64,000 nt of DNA from assembly GCA_963720265.1 (NCBI GenBank), contig CAVRET010000001.1, forward strand, positions 389,916 through 453,915, read 5' to 3'. This DNA comes from an uncultured bacterium. GTDB lineage: Bacteria > Patescibacteriota > Saccharimonadia > UBA4664. The notes under the pieces are model-generated. The model made no database searches. It saw only the letters and a list, made by a program, of their open reading frames with translations, and was not told the DNA's origin. Positions 46,228-55,931 of this stretch are shown here, piece by piece (position 1 is the first letter of the stretch; each line of letters begins with the position of its first letter). The translations under genes were made by a program, and so were the position numbers.

Positions 46228-48375
46228 CTATTTGCCAGAGCCGTCATCCTGGGAGACCCCAGCAGGAACGGCACCGAATCCCCACAGCTGGCTTTGATCG
46301 CCCTGGCATGGCTCCAGCTGCAGCAATGTGCCAGGATCCAAGCTATTGTCAACCGTGGTAACGCATTCGCTCGTGTCGCCGTTGTACGCCAATTCACCGC
46401 TGCTGGTGATCTGGTAGAGACCGTCCCCGTTGAGTGCCGCCGAGCAGGCCTCCAGCACTGAACGACTGGGAGTTCCATTATCGGCGTCGGATGGGGTTTG
46501 AGCGAGACAGTTTGAACCTCCGTTGAGTTTGAAGGCGTATGCGACAACCGGGTTGGCGGCGGTACCGGCATTGGTGCTTACGCTTGTTTCCGTCCAGGCT
46601 TGAGCGCTACTATTCGGCGTGCACGTGTTTACATGTACAACACTCCCGGTGGTGTCGAGGCAGAGATTGTCTGCCCCCATGATTTGCTTCGTCCCGGCGG
46701 CCGCGCCGCTACTGCCACTCCCGCCGGTGCCGGCTGTGGTGCCGGCGTTTGTGGTGAATGTCCATTTTTGGGCATTGGTGCCGTTGCAGGTGTAGATCCA
46801 CAGCTGCGTACCATCGGTTTTCGTTGAGTGCGGGTCGTCGAGACAGAGGTTTGTGCCCGTTACCTTTAGAGTGCTGTTGGTGTAAGTCCAGAGCTGGTTG
46901 GCGTAGCTGTTTGTCTTGCACGGGTAAAGGTCGACCGGCTGCTGCGACTTGAGGGTAGCGTGGTATACATCCAAGCACTCGCCGTCATGCGTAACGCGTC
47001 CGCTCCCGATGCTCCACAACTGGGCGGCGGTGTTGTTGCAGGTATAGATATCAACTTTGTTAGCTGGTTTGCCGGCAGCGGGCACATTGTTTTTGAAATC
47101 ATCCAAGCACTTGCCGGCGATTCCGGAGTCCACGACGTAGGTGGAGTTGGCAATATTGACCGTACCGGAACCGGAACCAGAGCCGGAACTCGACCCACTC
47201 CCGCCGGATCCAGAGCTGCTACCTGTAAACACTGTGGTGTACCACCGCTGGTTAGCCGCGCCGCCCGCAACACACGACTGGATTACCAGCTGGGTACCGT
47301 TGGCGCTGCTTGGCGCAGTCAGGCATTTCCCGGATTGTTTGCCAACGTAGGTCTCGGTTGCGCCGTTATATGTCCATTGCTGGTTGGTACCGTTGTTGCA
47401 GGTAAAGAGCTCAACCTTTGAACCGTCTTTAGTACCTTGCTGGAAGACGTCAAGGCATAGTCCGCCATGCGTGATGGTGCTGTTCGAGTTGACGGCCCAC
47501 TTTTGAGCGGCCGTGCCATTGCAATTGTAGAGATCGACTACTGCGCGGATGTTTGGGCTGTCTTTAAGGTCATCAAGACACATGCCGCTAATTCCTGATG
47601 CTACTTCGGCTGTGGTATTGGCAACCGCGCCACTGCCCGAACCCGAACCGCTGCCTGAGCCCGAACCACTACCGCTTCCAGAACCGGAGCCGCTACCTGA
47701 ACCACTGCCGCTGCTCACATCCGTGGGTGGGTAGTCGTTAAAGTGCCAGACCTCACTAGCGTAGTTGTCGCTGCAGGCCACTACCTCCAGTTGTGAACCA
47801 TCGGTCGATCCTGAAGTTCCAAGACACAACGGTACGGAGCTGTTATAGACTAAGTCACTAATTAAGTGGCCGTTAGGGTCTTGCGTCCAGACTTGGTTGC
47901 CGGTTGTGTCATTCTTGCATGGATAGAGATCGACTGGGGTGCCCGGGGTCGTTTTGTTCTGGTAGACATCAAGGCATTGATTGCCGTGAATCTTGACATA
48001 TTGACCGCTAATGGTCCATTGTTGCGCTGCTGAACCGTTGCACTTGAATAAGTCGACTTTGGTGGCCGGACCCTTGGCATTGTAAAGGTCCTTATAATCG
48101 TCAAGGCACATGCCCTTGTAACCACCGTTTTCAACTTCAGGTGTGGCAGTCGCAGCCAAACTGTGCGCGAGCAGCACATAGCCGCCGATTACTACGAATG
48201 CCGCCACGACAATGGCGGTTCGGCTGCCAAACGGGCTACGCCGGCCAAGAAGTGCGCCGCCTTTCTTTTTCTTCTTTGAGGACGATTTTACGAGCCGCGA
48301 CCAGAGTGATTTGCTGGACTTACTGCTGGTTTTACGCGGCTTTTTGGTTGATTTGGGTTTTGATGTGGTCGCCAT
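46228..48375 (-). CDS. membrane-anchored protein with four ricin-B (beta-trefoil) lectin domains separated by (SG)n linkers
   Basis: 715 aa; Lys-rich N-terminus plus TM; repeated CLD...QxW/QLW beta-trefoil signatures (QQWTISGQ, QKWAV, QRWYT, QLWS, QKWTF, QAWTE); (SG)13 and mixed S/G linkers. Confidence 0.8.
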   Translation of the reverse strand: MATTSKPKSTKKPRKTSSKSSKSLWSRLVKSSSKKKKKGGALLGRRSPFGSRTAIVVAAFVVIGGYVLLAHSLAATATPEVENGGYKGMCLDDYKDLYNAKGPATKVDLFKCNGSAAQQWTISGQYVKIHGNQCLDVYQNKTTPGTPVDLYPCKNDTTGNQVWTQDPNGHLISDLVYNSSVPLCLGTSGSTDGSQLEVVACSDNYASEVWHFNDYPPTDVSSGSGSGSGSGSGSGSGSGSGSGSGSGSGAVANTTAEVASGISGMCLDDLKDSPNIRAVVDLYNCNGTAAQKWAVNSNSTITHGGLCLDVFQQGTKDGSKVELFTCNNGTNQQWTYNGATETYVGKQSGKCLTAPSSANGTQLVIQSCVAGGAANQRWYTTVFTGSSSGSGGSGSSSGSGSGSGTVNIANSTYVVDSGIAGKCLDDFKNNVPAAGKPANKVDIYTCNNTAAQLWSIGSGRVTHDGECLDVYHATLKSQQPVDLYPCKTNSYANQLWTYTNSTLKVTGTNLCLDDPHSTKTDGTQLWIYTCNGTNAQKWTFTTNAGTTAGTGGSGSSGAAAGTKQIMGADNLCLDTTGSVVHVNTCTPNSSAQAWTETSVSTNAGTAANPVVAYAFKLNGGSNCLAQTPSDADNGTPSRSVLEACSAALNGDGLYQITSSGELAYNGDTSECVTTVDNSLDPGTLLQLEPCQGDQSQLWGFGAVPAGVSQDDGSGK
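47626..47706 (-). repeat. coding microsatellite encoding an (SG)13 linker inside the lectin gene
   Basis: Tandem GA(A/G)CC(G/A)-type hexamer repeats on the plus strand; a second shorter S/G block lies near 47141-47230. Confidence 0.7.
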
Positions 48376-48463
48376 ATGTTTAGCAAGGCCTTTGTTAAGC
48401 GCTTATGCTTAGCATGGTAGCGTAGTCATGGCCGGTCGTCAAATCTGCTGTCTGGGGCGGCGC

Positions 48464-48841
48464 TTACTTAAACGAATCGATGATCTCAAGCAGGTCGGAG
48501 AGCGTGATTTCAGCTTTTACAACATAGCCGTCCATGTCGCGGTTAACCTCCGGTGTAACCTTGGACGGGTCGCCGAGGTTGGTGAGGATGACAATGCGCG
48601 TTTTGGTACAACCATACTGGGGGTCATGACGGAGCTCTTTGAGTACTTGGAAACCGTCTTTTTTGGGCATCATAACGTCTAAGAAAATAAGGTCCGGCTG
48701 ATACGATTTGGCGACCGCAAGTCCCTCTTCCCCATCGCCTGCCACTCCGACCTGATAGCCGTGAGACTTTAGGTACAATTCATAGAGATTGCGTAGCTCA
48801 ATATTGTCCTCAACGAGTAGTATTTTTCGTAATCCAGCCAC
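48464..48841 (-). CDS. stand-alone response regulator receiver domain (CheY-like)
   Basis: 125 aa; LLVEDN...D..MP..DG..KELR receiver motifs; no output domain. Confidence 0.85.
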   Translation of the reverse strand: MAGLRKILLVEDNIELRNLYELYLKSHGYQVGVAGDGEEGLAVAKSYQPDLIFLDVMMPKKDGFQVLKELRHDPQYGCTKTRIVILTNLGDPSKVTPEVNRDMDGYVVKAEITLSDLLEIIDSFK

Positions 48842-51002
48842 GACGCCTCCTCACAACGTTACCCTCTGCCTGGTCTGACTGCAGGCCGGCCAGCCGCTCT
48901 TCAGTTAACTTCGGAATGGTGAAAGAAAATGTTGAGCCTTTGCCTTCTTCGGATTCGACCCAAATGGTGCCGTCATGGCGCTCGATAATGGACTTAGCGA
49001 TAAACAGGCCGAGGCCGGTGCCGGTGGATCCTGAGTCGAGGCCGCCGTGCACACGGAAGAACTTGGTGAAAAGGTGGGGCTGGGCGGCTTTGGGGATACC
49101 GACACCGTTGTCCTTGACAGCCACCGTGTAGCGGTCGCCGCTGTCTGTCAGCGAAGCCTCGATGTGGCCGCCGGGCTGTGTGTATTTAACGGCATTGGTA
49201 AGTAGATTGGTGATGACTTCGCGCAGCGCGATTTCGTCAGCCACCACGAAGTTGTCGTGGTCCGGGCCGCCGTAGCTTACGTTCATGTTTCGCTCTTTAG
49301 CCTGGAAGCCGACATCCTTAATGGCCTTGGCCACTGAGGCGGCGAGATCGGTCTTCTCCATATTGAGGGTGAGCGTGCCGCGCTCGATGCGGCTGACGTC
49401 GAGCAAATTATTAATGAGGCTGGAAAGTTCCACCGAGCTTTTGAGTGCCTGGGCCAGATAGTTTGAAATGTCGGGCGGCGCTTTCTTGAGCTTAAAGGTA
49501 ATGAGTTCAATGTAGCCACGGATGGCGGCCAGCGGCGTGCGCAGTTCGTGTGCTGCCATAGATACGAAGTCGAGCTTCATGCTTTCGAACTCACGGCTCT
49601 TGGTTTCGTCACGAATAGTGATGATGGCTTGCCCTGGCTGGAGTTCGGTGCCGGCGAGCCTGGCGACAATAAGCTTGAGGTAATGCCTGGAGCCGGTGGT
49701 GCCGACGTACTCGATGTTGCTGTATGTGTTTGAGCCGGGTGACGCAAAGTCGATGGCAAACGGGGTCTGGTTCGAGGTGAAAGCAAAAATGTCGTGAATG
49801 GAACGGCCGATAATAGCCGAGGCCGGTTTGCCGGCGAGCTCGAGTGCGGCGCGGTTGGCGGTCGTAATTGTGCCGTCCTGGAGCACGGCCAGAATGGAGT
49901 CCGTGGTGGTGTCAAGAATGATGGCAAGGTGATTGCGTTGCGACTCGATGCCGGTCACAAAAGCTTTGAGGCTCTCACGCATCGTGTTGATGCTACTCGC
50001 AAGCACTCCAATTTCATCGCCGCTCGTCACCTCCACCGGCACACTGAAGTCGCCCATACCGATGCGTTTTGATGCTTCAGCAATACGCAAGATTGGGTTG
50101 GTGAATAGGCGGGCTAGATACCAAGCCAGACACATAATTGCCAGGGTACTGAGGATTAAGATCACGATGAGCGCGTTGCGCAGAGCGGCGATTGGCGCCA
50201 GAGCTTCACCGGTTTCAATCATGGTACCAATGGTCCAGTCGGAAAACCCTATTGGCCGGCTCGACACCATGACCGGGTGTCCGGTGTAATTTACGTCCTG
50301 CCCGCGGACAACCGAGTATGGCACAATGTCGCTGGCTGATGTGTTAAAGCGCAGGGGAAACAGTGACACTTGCCTGCCGTCGCTGCCGGGGGCTGTGATG
50401 ACCGTTTCACCAGTGCTACCAAGACCGGTATAGTCGCCTAGCTCTGCTACGAGGTCGTTTACGCTATATACGGCTCGTAGAATGGCCTGATACTGGTCGT
50501 TAATACTTAAGCTTGTGGTGATGTAGAGCTCCTGAAGTCCTGACGATGGGTCAGCCACAACGGCGATATCGGGCCCTTGGTACGTGGCGCTGGCAGACGG
50601 TTTGTTCGGCAATTCTTGGCCGCTTTGACCTGATTCAGTAGAAGCGATGATCGTGCCGCCCTGGTTCGCAACGTGGATATATTGTAGTCCCGAAACTTCT
50701 GACAACCGGCTGTTTAAAATACCGACCACGGCATTTTGGCTGGCCGCTGTGGGCGAGGTTAAGAGCTGTTGGAGTGCTACCTGGAAATCATATTCCTCAG
50801 CCAGCTTGATGACTTCCTGCTGCTTGGCTTGCAGCAGGGCACTAATAGCCTGTTGTTGCTTAATGTCGATGCTGGCAAGTTGGCTTTGAGTGCGCTGGTT
50901 GAGCTGGGTTGAGATAGTGAAAAAGGATACAAGGCTGACGACCAGAGTCGGCACCAGGCCAATGCTTAAGAGAGCGGTAATGAACTTCTGCTGAATATTC
51001 AT
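48810..51002 (-). CDS. sensor histidine kinase (extracytoplasmic sensor domain, HAMP, PAS, HisKA, HATPase_c)
   Basis: 730 aa; two TM helices flank a roughly 250-aa periplasmic domain; H-box SMAAHELRTPLAAIRGY; N, G1 (DNGVGIP) and G2 (GTGLGL) boxes. Confidence 0.9.
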   Translation of the reverse strand: MNIQQKFITALLSIGLVPTLVVSLVSFFTISTQLNQRTQSQLASIDIKQQQAISALLQAKQQEVIKLAEEYDFQVALQQLLTSPTAASQNAVVGILNSRLSEVSGLQYIHVANQGGTIIASTESGQSGQELPNKPSASATYQGPDIAVVADPSSGLQELYITTSLSINDQYQAILRAVYSVNDLVAELGDYTGLGSTGETVITAPGSDGRQVSLFPLRFNTSASDIVPYSVVRGQDVNYTGHPVMVSSRPIGFSDWTIGTMIETGEALAPIAALRNALIVILILSTLAIMCLAWYLARLFTNPILRIAEASKRIGMGDFSVPVEVTSGDEIGVLASSINTMRESLKAFVTGIESQRNHLAIILDTTTDSILAVLQDGTITTANRAALELAGKPASAIIGRSIHDIFAFTSNQTPFAIDFASPGSNTYSNIEYVGTTGSRHYLKLIVARLAGTELQPGQAIITIRDETKSREFESMKLDFVSMAAHELRTPLAAIRGYIELITFKLKKAPPDISNYLAQALKSSVELSSLINNLLDVSRIERGTLTLNMEKTDLAASVAKAIKDVGFQAKERNMNVSYGGPDHDNFVVADEIALREVITNLLTNAVKYTQPGGHIEASLTDSGDRYTVAVKDNGVGIPKAAQPHLFTKFFRVHGGLDSGSTGTGLGLFIAKSIIERHDGTIWVESEEGKGSTFSFTIPKLTEERLAGLQSDQAEGNVVRRRRGWITKNTTR

Positions 51003-52472
51003 TTATTGTGCACTTACAAACGATCCGTCCTTGACTTGCAATAAGGCGTACTGGTAGTTGGTGCCGTCTTCGTCGCCGTTCGCGTCAAACTTAATGTGAG
51101 CCGATACCCCATTGAACGAAATGCTTGGTAGTTTGGACTTGATTTCCGGCCCGGTGGTGGCGCCGTCCTTAACTGCCAGATATAGCGTTTCAAAGGCATC
51201 GTAGCCTTCGGCTGCGGCATACAGTTGCTCTCCTTGATCGTTGGTGTAGAGCAGCTGCTTAAAGGCAGCGGTGCCGGTGGGGAAGGTCGTGAGCGTGAGG
51301 CCCTGAGCGGCAGACTGAGCGCTTGAAATCAGAGTTTGGTCATAGAGGCCGTCACCGCCGAAGAACGGCGCGGTGATGCCGGCGTTCCGGGCGAGCTGAA
51401 TGGCGGCCGCGCCGGTTGTAACTGAGTTTGAAACAAACACTACGCCTTGCGGCTTGGCGGCTTTGATGGCAGCAATTTGTGTTGCCAGGTTGATCACTCC
51501 GGATGGCGCATTAACCGAGGTGAGCACTTTACCGCCTAACGATTGAAACTCCTTGGTGAAGACCGAGTTCATGTTAATGCCGTAGGGCTCGTTGGTGTAG
51601 AAAATGCCGACGGTCTTGACGCCCCGCGCGTAGACGGCCTTGGCAAGATAGGCGCCCTGGTACGTGTCCGGTGGCACCACGCGGAAGAAATAGTCGTTCG
51701 GGATGCTTAGGGACGGGCTGGAGGCCGACGGTGAAAGCATGGGGATTTTGTTGGCATTGGCAAGCGGGAGTGCCGCCGTAGAAGCGCTTGAGCAGCCGTC
51801 ACCAATGACCGCCACTACGTGTTGATTAACAAGGCGCTGCATGGCTTGCGGAGCAACTGTGGGGTCGCACTGTGAGTCCATTTGTACGAGCTCGATGTTG
51901 TCGGCACCGAGTTGCTTTTGGGCGAGCTGAATGCCTTTCATCTCGCCATAGCCCATGCTGCTGGAACCACCGGTAAAGGCCATCATAACGCCGATTTTAA
52001 CCGACGGCAGCACCGCGGCAGGCTTATTTTTGGTCGAAAGATAGGCAAAGGCGGCAAATCCGATGGCAGCTATAACCGCAACAACAACGACCGCGGTAAC
52101 AATGGCCTTTACCGAGAGACCCGGCTTGGCCGACGGAGCGCCCGGCGCTGCCGGAACCGGAGCTTGCGGCGAGACCGTCGGTGCGTCTACCGGAGCCTGT
52201 GCCGGGGATGGCTCCTGCGCGGGACTTGCCGGCGGGGGAGGTGGCATGGGGGCGGGATCAGACGGTGACGGTGCAGGCGTGGATGCGGACTCGGCCGGCG
52301 GGGGAGGTGGTGTTGAGTCGCCTGCGGGTGCCGGGTCCGGAGTCGTCGGCGTGGACGTAGGCCCGTCACTTGACGGAGCCGGCGGATTAATTGGGGCAGC
52401 TGCGGAAGATTCCGGCTGACTCGTAGATGGTTGATCTGGCGTTGAATCAGCCTTTGGTGCAGATGAATCCAT
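51003..52472 (-). CDS. periplasmic binding protein, LivK/branched-chain amino-acid type (Peripla_BP_6), with Pro-rich N-terminal region and TM anchor
   Basis: 489 aa; Pro/Ala/Ser low-complexity N-terminus; TM helix; type I PBP fold motifs (VVAVIGDGCSSASTAALPLANANKIPMLSP). Confidence 0.75.
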   Translation of the reverse strand: MDSSAPKADSTPDQPSTSQPESSAAAPINPPAPSSDGPTSTPTTPDPAPAGDSTPPPPPAESASTPAPSPSDPAPMPPPPPASPAQEPSPAQAPVDAPTVSPQAPVPAAPGAPSAKPGLSVKAIVTAVVVVAVIAAIGFAAFAYLSTKNKPAAVLPSVKIGVMMAFTGGSSSMGYGEMKGIQLAQKQLGADNIELVQMDSQCDPTVAPQAMQRLVNQHVVAVIGDGCSSASTAALPLANANKIPMLSPSASSPSLSIPNDYFFRVVPPDTYQGAYLAKAVYARGVKTVGIFYTNEPYGINMNSVFTKEFQSLGGKVLTSVNAPSGVINLATQIAAIKAAKPQGVVFVSNSVTTGAAAIQLARNAGITAPFFGGDGLYDQTLISSAQSAAQGLTLTTFPTGTAAFKQLLYTNDQGEQLYAAAEGYDAFETLYLAVKDGATTGPEIKSKLPSISFNGVSAHIKFDANGDEDGTNYQYALLQVKDGSFVSAQ

Positions 52473-52627
52473 AATGCCTATGCTTTTAATTATGTGGTTA
52501 TCTTAGGAAAAATGACGGTGCGGTGTCAAATGGTTGGCTGCGCTTTTTATGGTTTTGCGATATAGTAGGCCGTGCGTCGTTTGTAGTACCGATTCAGATC
52601 TAGGCGATCCGAGAACAGGAGAGTGCG

Positions 52628-53284
52628 GTGGAAGATATCCCCCCGAGTGGGGTGGCCGAACGGCTCAAGGCGCTGCCTAAGATAACTGCGTATACGCCGG
52701 TGGATTCTAGCACAATGGGGCCGGGTACAGCGGAGCTTTTGATGATGCCGCCAAACCTCAAGCGGGCACTCCTCATGCGATCCGAGCGCCCGAGCTTGCC
52801 GCAGCGGCCGGGGCGTGAAGCCGTTACGTGGTGGGGCGTTCAGGCGCCACTGCTGGCTCACGCGTGCGGTATTGTGTGCGAAACGGCGATTGTTCTCGAG
52901 GGCAGAGGACTGGGCTGGTGCGGGCAGCCCGACTGTCAGCTCGACGAACGTGACCTCTATCCGGTGGCGGCAGTCGCGTTCTACCAGGGACCGCCCGTAG
53001 CGGAGCTCAGAAATCGGGGCATCGATGAAGCAGCGGGGTTCTCGGTGCTCGTGAGATACGGCAAGGCAGGGCCGCGCGGTACCCACTATGTGGTTACCCA
53101 CTGCTCTCCCTTCGCGGTTAGCTACGGCTACTGCAATACGGGAGAAATCCGTGCGCTGTTCGCGGATGCCGAAGGGGTTGATTCATTTCCGAGATGGGCA
53201 TGGACTCACCCCGAGGAGTCGGAGCGGGTGGCCATGGTTACGGCGACACTGCTATTGCGGGAACTGGCCCGCCACATTCAGTGA
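52628..53284 (+). CDS. hypothetical protein (GTG start with AGGAG RBS)
   Basis: 218-aa ORF; AGGAG sits 6 nt upstream of GTG 52628; the overlapping minus-strand ORF is Arg-rich antisense-type junk. Confidence 0.45.
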   Translation: MEDIPPSGVAERLKALPKITAYTPVDSSTMGPGTAELLMMPPNLKRALLMRSERPSLPQRPGREAVTWWGVQAPLLAHACGIVCETAIVLEGRGLGWCGQPDCQLDERDLYPVAAVAFYQGPPVAELRNRGIDEAAGFSVLVRYGKAGPRGTHYVVTHCSPFAVSYGYCNTGEIRALFADAEGVDSFPRWAWTHPEESERVAMVTATLLLRELARHIQ

Positions 53285-53355
53285 TCAAGCTTTACGGCGA
53301 AGGAGGTGCGCCGATGGTCATCCTCCAGGGCCGTCTAGATACTCTAGGCGGTCTT

Positions 53356-53916
53356 TTACAAATATGCGGCCGCTGTGATCAGGACTAGGCCAAAGGCAAC
53401 ACCCGCAACTTGCTGGGCTGCAAACAATACGTGCAAACCGCCCAGATTCAGTGCGAGCAGGCTGGCGCCGACGATTTGCATGACCAGTAACAAGTACATG
53501 AGGCGGTCATGGCGGATTTTTGCCACCAAGTAGATACCAAGTAACAGTTCAAAGCTGACCAGGATCATAAATGTGCGCGCATGGACTTCATTCCAAAAAT
53601 GGTTGACGAGGTAGGGATAGGTGCTCATGAGGACGCAACCCAGGAGGAAAGCGAGTATGTACAGACTTATCCTTACCACATTTACCGGTTTTGGCTGATG
53701 CGGCAAAAGCTTAGCGGCGTAAGCGGTAAGTAGCGCACTTAGCACAAATGCCAGTGTATAGGGTACAACGGTCAGCGGCCGGGTGCCGTAGTTGGACACC
53801 CCGCCTTCGGTTAACACATAATGCGGGATCAGGGCGTAGCATATGACTAGGAAACTAAGCAGACTCGCCTGCCCATAGGCTAGTTTTTGCTGGATGGGGT
53901 TACGGCGCACGGACAT
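53356..53916 (-). CDS. polytopic membrane protein, hypothetical
   Basis: 186 aa; 5-6 hydrophobic helices. Confidence 0.55.
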   Translation of the reverse strand: MSVRRNPIQQKLAYGQASLLSFLVICYALIPHYVLTEGGVSNYGTRPLTVVPYTLAFVLSALLTAYAAKLLPHQPKPVNVVRISLYILAFLLGCVLMSTYPYLVNHFWNEVHARTFMILVSFELLLGIYLVAKIRHDRLMYLLLVMQIVGASLLALNLGGLHVLFAAQQVAGVAFGLVLITAAAYL

Positions 53917-53960
53917 GACGACACCTCTTGTTGTGCGAGATCATTTGTTATCGATGACGG

Positions 53961-54227
53961 CTACCGCTCGAGGTTATGCAGCTCCACTTTTGCCTGTTCG
54001 AGTACCGCCCGATGCTCATCGCTGAGGTTCTTTCCGGCCCGGTTAACATAAAAGTTCAACATGGACATGGCAGATTGGCCCACCGTCCCTTTGCGGCGCC
54101 GACTCCGCTGGGCCGACCGGAGAAGAGATTCTGCGATTTTTTTGGGGTTGTCCCAGGTAAACACTCCCGGCTCTAAGTCGAGGGCGTTACTGTGCTTGAT
54201 AACCTCGCCTGACCATTTCTCGCTCAT
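53961..54227 (-). CDS. DUF3175 family protein
   Basis: 88 aa; KHSNALDLEPGVFTWDNPKKIAESLLRSA pattern. Confidence 0.55.
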   Translation of the reverse strand: MSEKWSGEVIKHSNALDLEPGVFTWDNPKKIAESLLRSAQRSRRRKGTVGQSAMSMLNFYVNRAGKNLSDEHRAVLEQAKVELHNLER

Positions 54228-54273
54228 GGTCCGATGTTAGTTCACAATTTGTAGTACGTCTTTGGTTAATTTT

Positions 54274-54486
54274 CTATTCGAGCCGTTCCCCAACCCATTC
54301 AAAAGTTTCGTTGAAGCTTGCCAAACTGCGATAGGTCATGATCGAACGGCCGGCCCAATCGGGACGAGTGAATAACGGGGTGTAAACGGCGACATCGTCA
54401 TTTACATTGTCGTGATGATGGGCCAGGCCCATGAAGAGATATTTGAGCTCTGGATGCTTCCGGTGTTTGTAGATTCCTGGTTTCAT
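54274..54486 (-). CDS. DUF1653 family protein
   Basis: 70 aa; MKPGIYKHRKHPELKYLFMGLAHHHDN...VAVYTPLF...W.RSI pattern. Confidence 0.55.
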   Translation of the reverse strand: MKPGIYKHRKHPELKYLFMGLAHHHDNVNDDVAVYTPLFTRPDWAGRSIMTYRSLASFNETFEWVGERLE

Positions 54487-54566
54487 GCACTCAAGTATAA
54501 GTTAATGGGTAGATAAATAAGCTGCATTCATTCGAAATCTTTTTGCAATGGTCGGGGGCATTTCGT

Positions 54567-55421
54567 CTATGTGGAGCCTTCTTGATTGTTGCGGTTGCGT
54601 GCTTTCTTGGCGGCCCGACTACCCCTAATCCTGGCCCACAATTTGCCCGCACCAGCAGCCGCATCGGCGGCCACATCGGCGCCCAGCAACGCTCCCGGGG
54701 CGGATATAGAAGAATCCGGCACATCGCCGAGACCTTGCCCTGCTTGCGAGGCGGCTCTCGAAAAACGGCGTCCGCCGCGCTCAGCGTTCGCGGCAGCCTG
54801 CGCAATATCTGGATTGGTTTCTCGCCCGTATTCTTCGATATCGGCACGGGCCAGAGCAGATCTTTGTTCACTATCCAGGCGGTTTAACGCCTCAGCCGCC
54901 GCTTGGCGGCGGGCACGGACTTGTTGCGGGGTCTCCATGGCACTGCCCTGGGGTGTCTCGAGTTGGCGCGGTGCCGGGTCCATATCGGCCATTGCCGTGG
55001 CTATCTGCTCGCGGAAATGAGCTTCCACGTCCGTGTAACGCTTGGCTGACGCCGGATCCATATTAGCTAGTTTTTCGGCTCGCTCCTGAGCTGCACGTTC
55101 AGCATCGCGGGCGCTCGATTCCAATTGGTAGTCCATGAAATCGCCGGGTAGAGTCGGATCTCGTGGCAACCCAAGCTCCTGAGCCCGTTTCGCGGTTAAG
55201 TGGCGCTCGCCGGATTGGTGGAGCTCCGCCAGTCCAGCACGGAGGGGATCGGCAGCTTCGGCCATATCCCTGGCAGTGCTGGGGTCGGTTACGACACCCT
55301 CTTGCGCTACTTTGTTAGTCGCGGCGTATTCGGACGCCATGCCTGCAAGTTCTTCGGCAGAATGGAACTGTGCTGGCTGATCAGTCTCAGTCGACTGGGG
55401 GCCAGATTCGCGATTGCTCAT
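54567..55421 (-). CDS. hypothetical charged, low-complexity protein
   Basis: 284-aa ORF; Ala/Glu/Arg-rich; GC about 62%. Confidence 0.4.
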   Translation of the reverse strand: MSNRESGPQSTETDQPAQFHSAEELAGMASEYAATNKVAQEGVVTDPSTARDMAEAADPLRAGLAELHQSGERHLTAKRAQELGLPRDPTLPGDFMDYQLESSARDAERAAQERAEKLANMDPASAKRYTDVEAHFREQIATAMADMDPAPRQLETPQGSAMETPQQVRARRQAAAEALNRLDSEQRSALARADIEEYGRETNPDIAQAAANAERGGRRFSRAASQAGQGLGDVPDSSISAPGALLGADVAADAAAGAGKLWARIRGSRAAKKARNRNNQEGST

Positions 55422-55931
55422 GGGCCTTAAGCTCCGATTGTAATTGTGGTTATCTTAGCATGTGACTGCGTGGTGGCCTCATCCGATATATCAGAACATA
55501 ACCACACTCATAAATCGTGACTGCTTTTTGTGCCACCGCCTAATGTAAACATAAGCATAATTTCTTGGTGCGCTTGACGCACCTTCATTCGAACACCTTT
55601 TGAGATCGCTTGATTATGGCAAGTGTTCAATTGAGTTTAAACACCCTCGCAAAAAACCTGCCAGGGATTACATATTAGGACGCCGGTACATTGGAGGGCT
55701 TCAATGCGCAAGGACCTTGAAGCCGCCTCTGAGATTAAGCGTGATAGATACGACGCCAGGTATCATGGGCGACACCCGAACTGTACCCCCCCTCACGATT
55801 CTGAATGAAACGTAAGCCATGTCGCTGATCTTCACCGTTTTCTCTTTCGGCCGCGGCCATATAAGACTGCGGATCGTCAAAGTCACCGTACCAAGCTGGC
55901 GCCGGGCGATACCTTGACTCCCTGACGCTCA

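Noticed and set aside
47141-47706. Short tandem GAACCG / GAGCCG-type repeats that could superficially suggest a repeat array
   Set aside because: They are in-frame coding microsatellites for (SG)n linkers inside the lectin gene. They have no spacer/repeat architecture and are not CRISPR.
52547-53101. Minus-strand 184-aa ORF overlapping the plus-strand 52628..53284 ORF
   Set aside because: Its composition is Arg/His-rich antisense-type junk. The plus-strand ORF has an AGGAG-N6-GTG start and protein-like composition, so only that one is kept.
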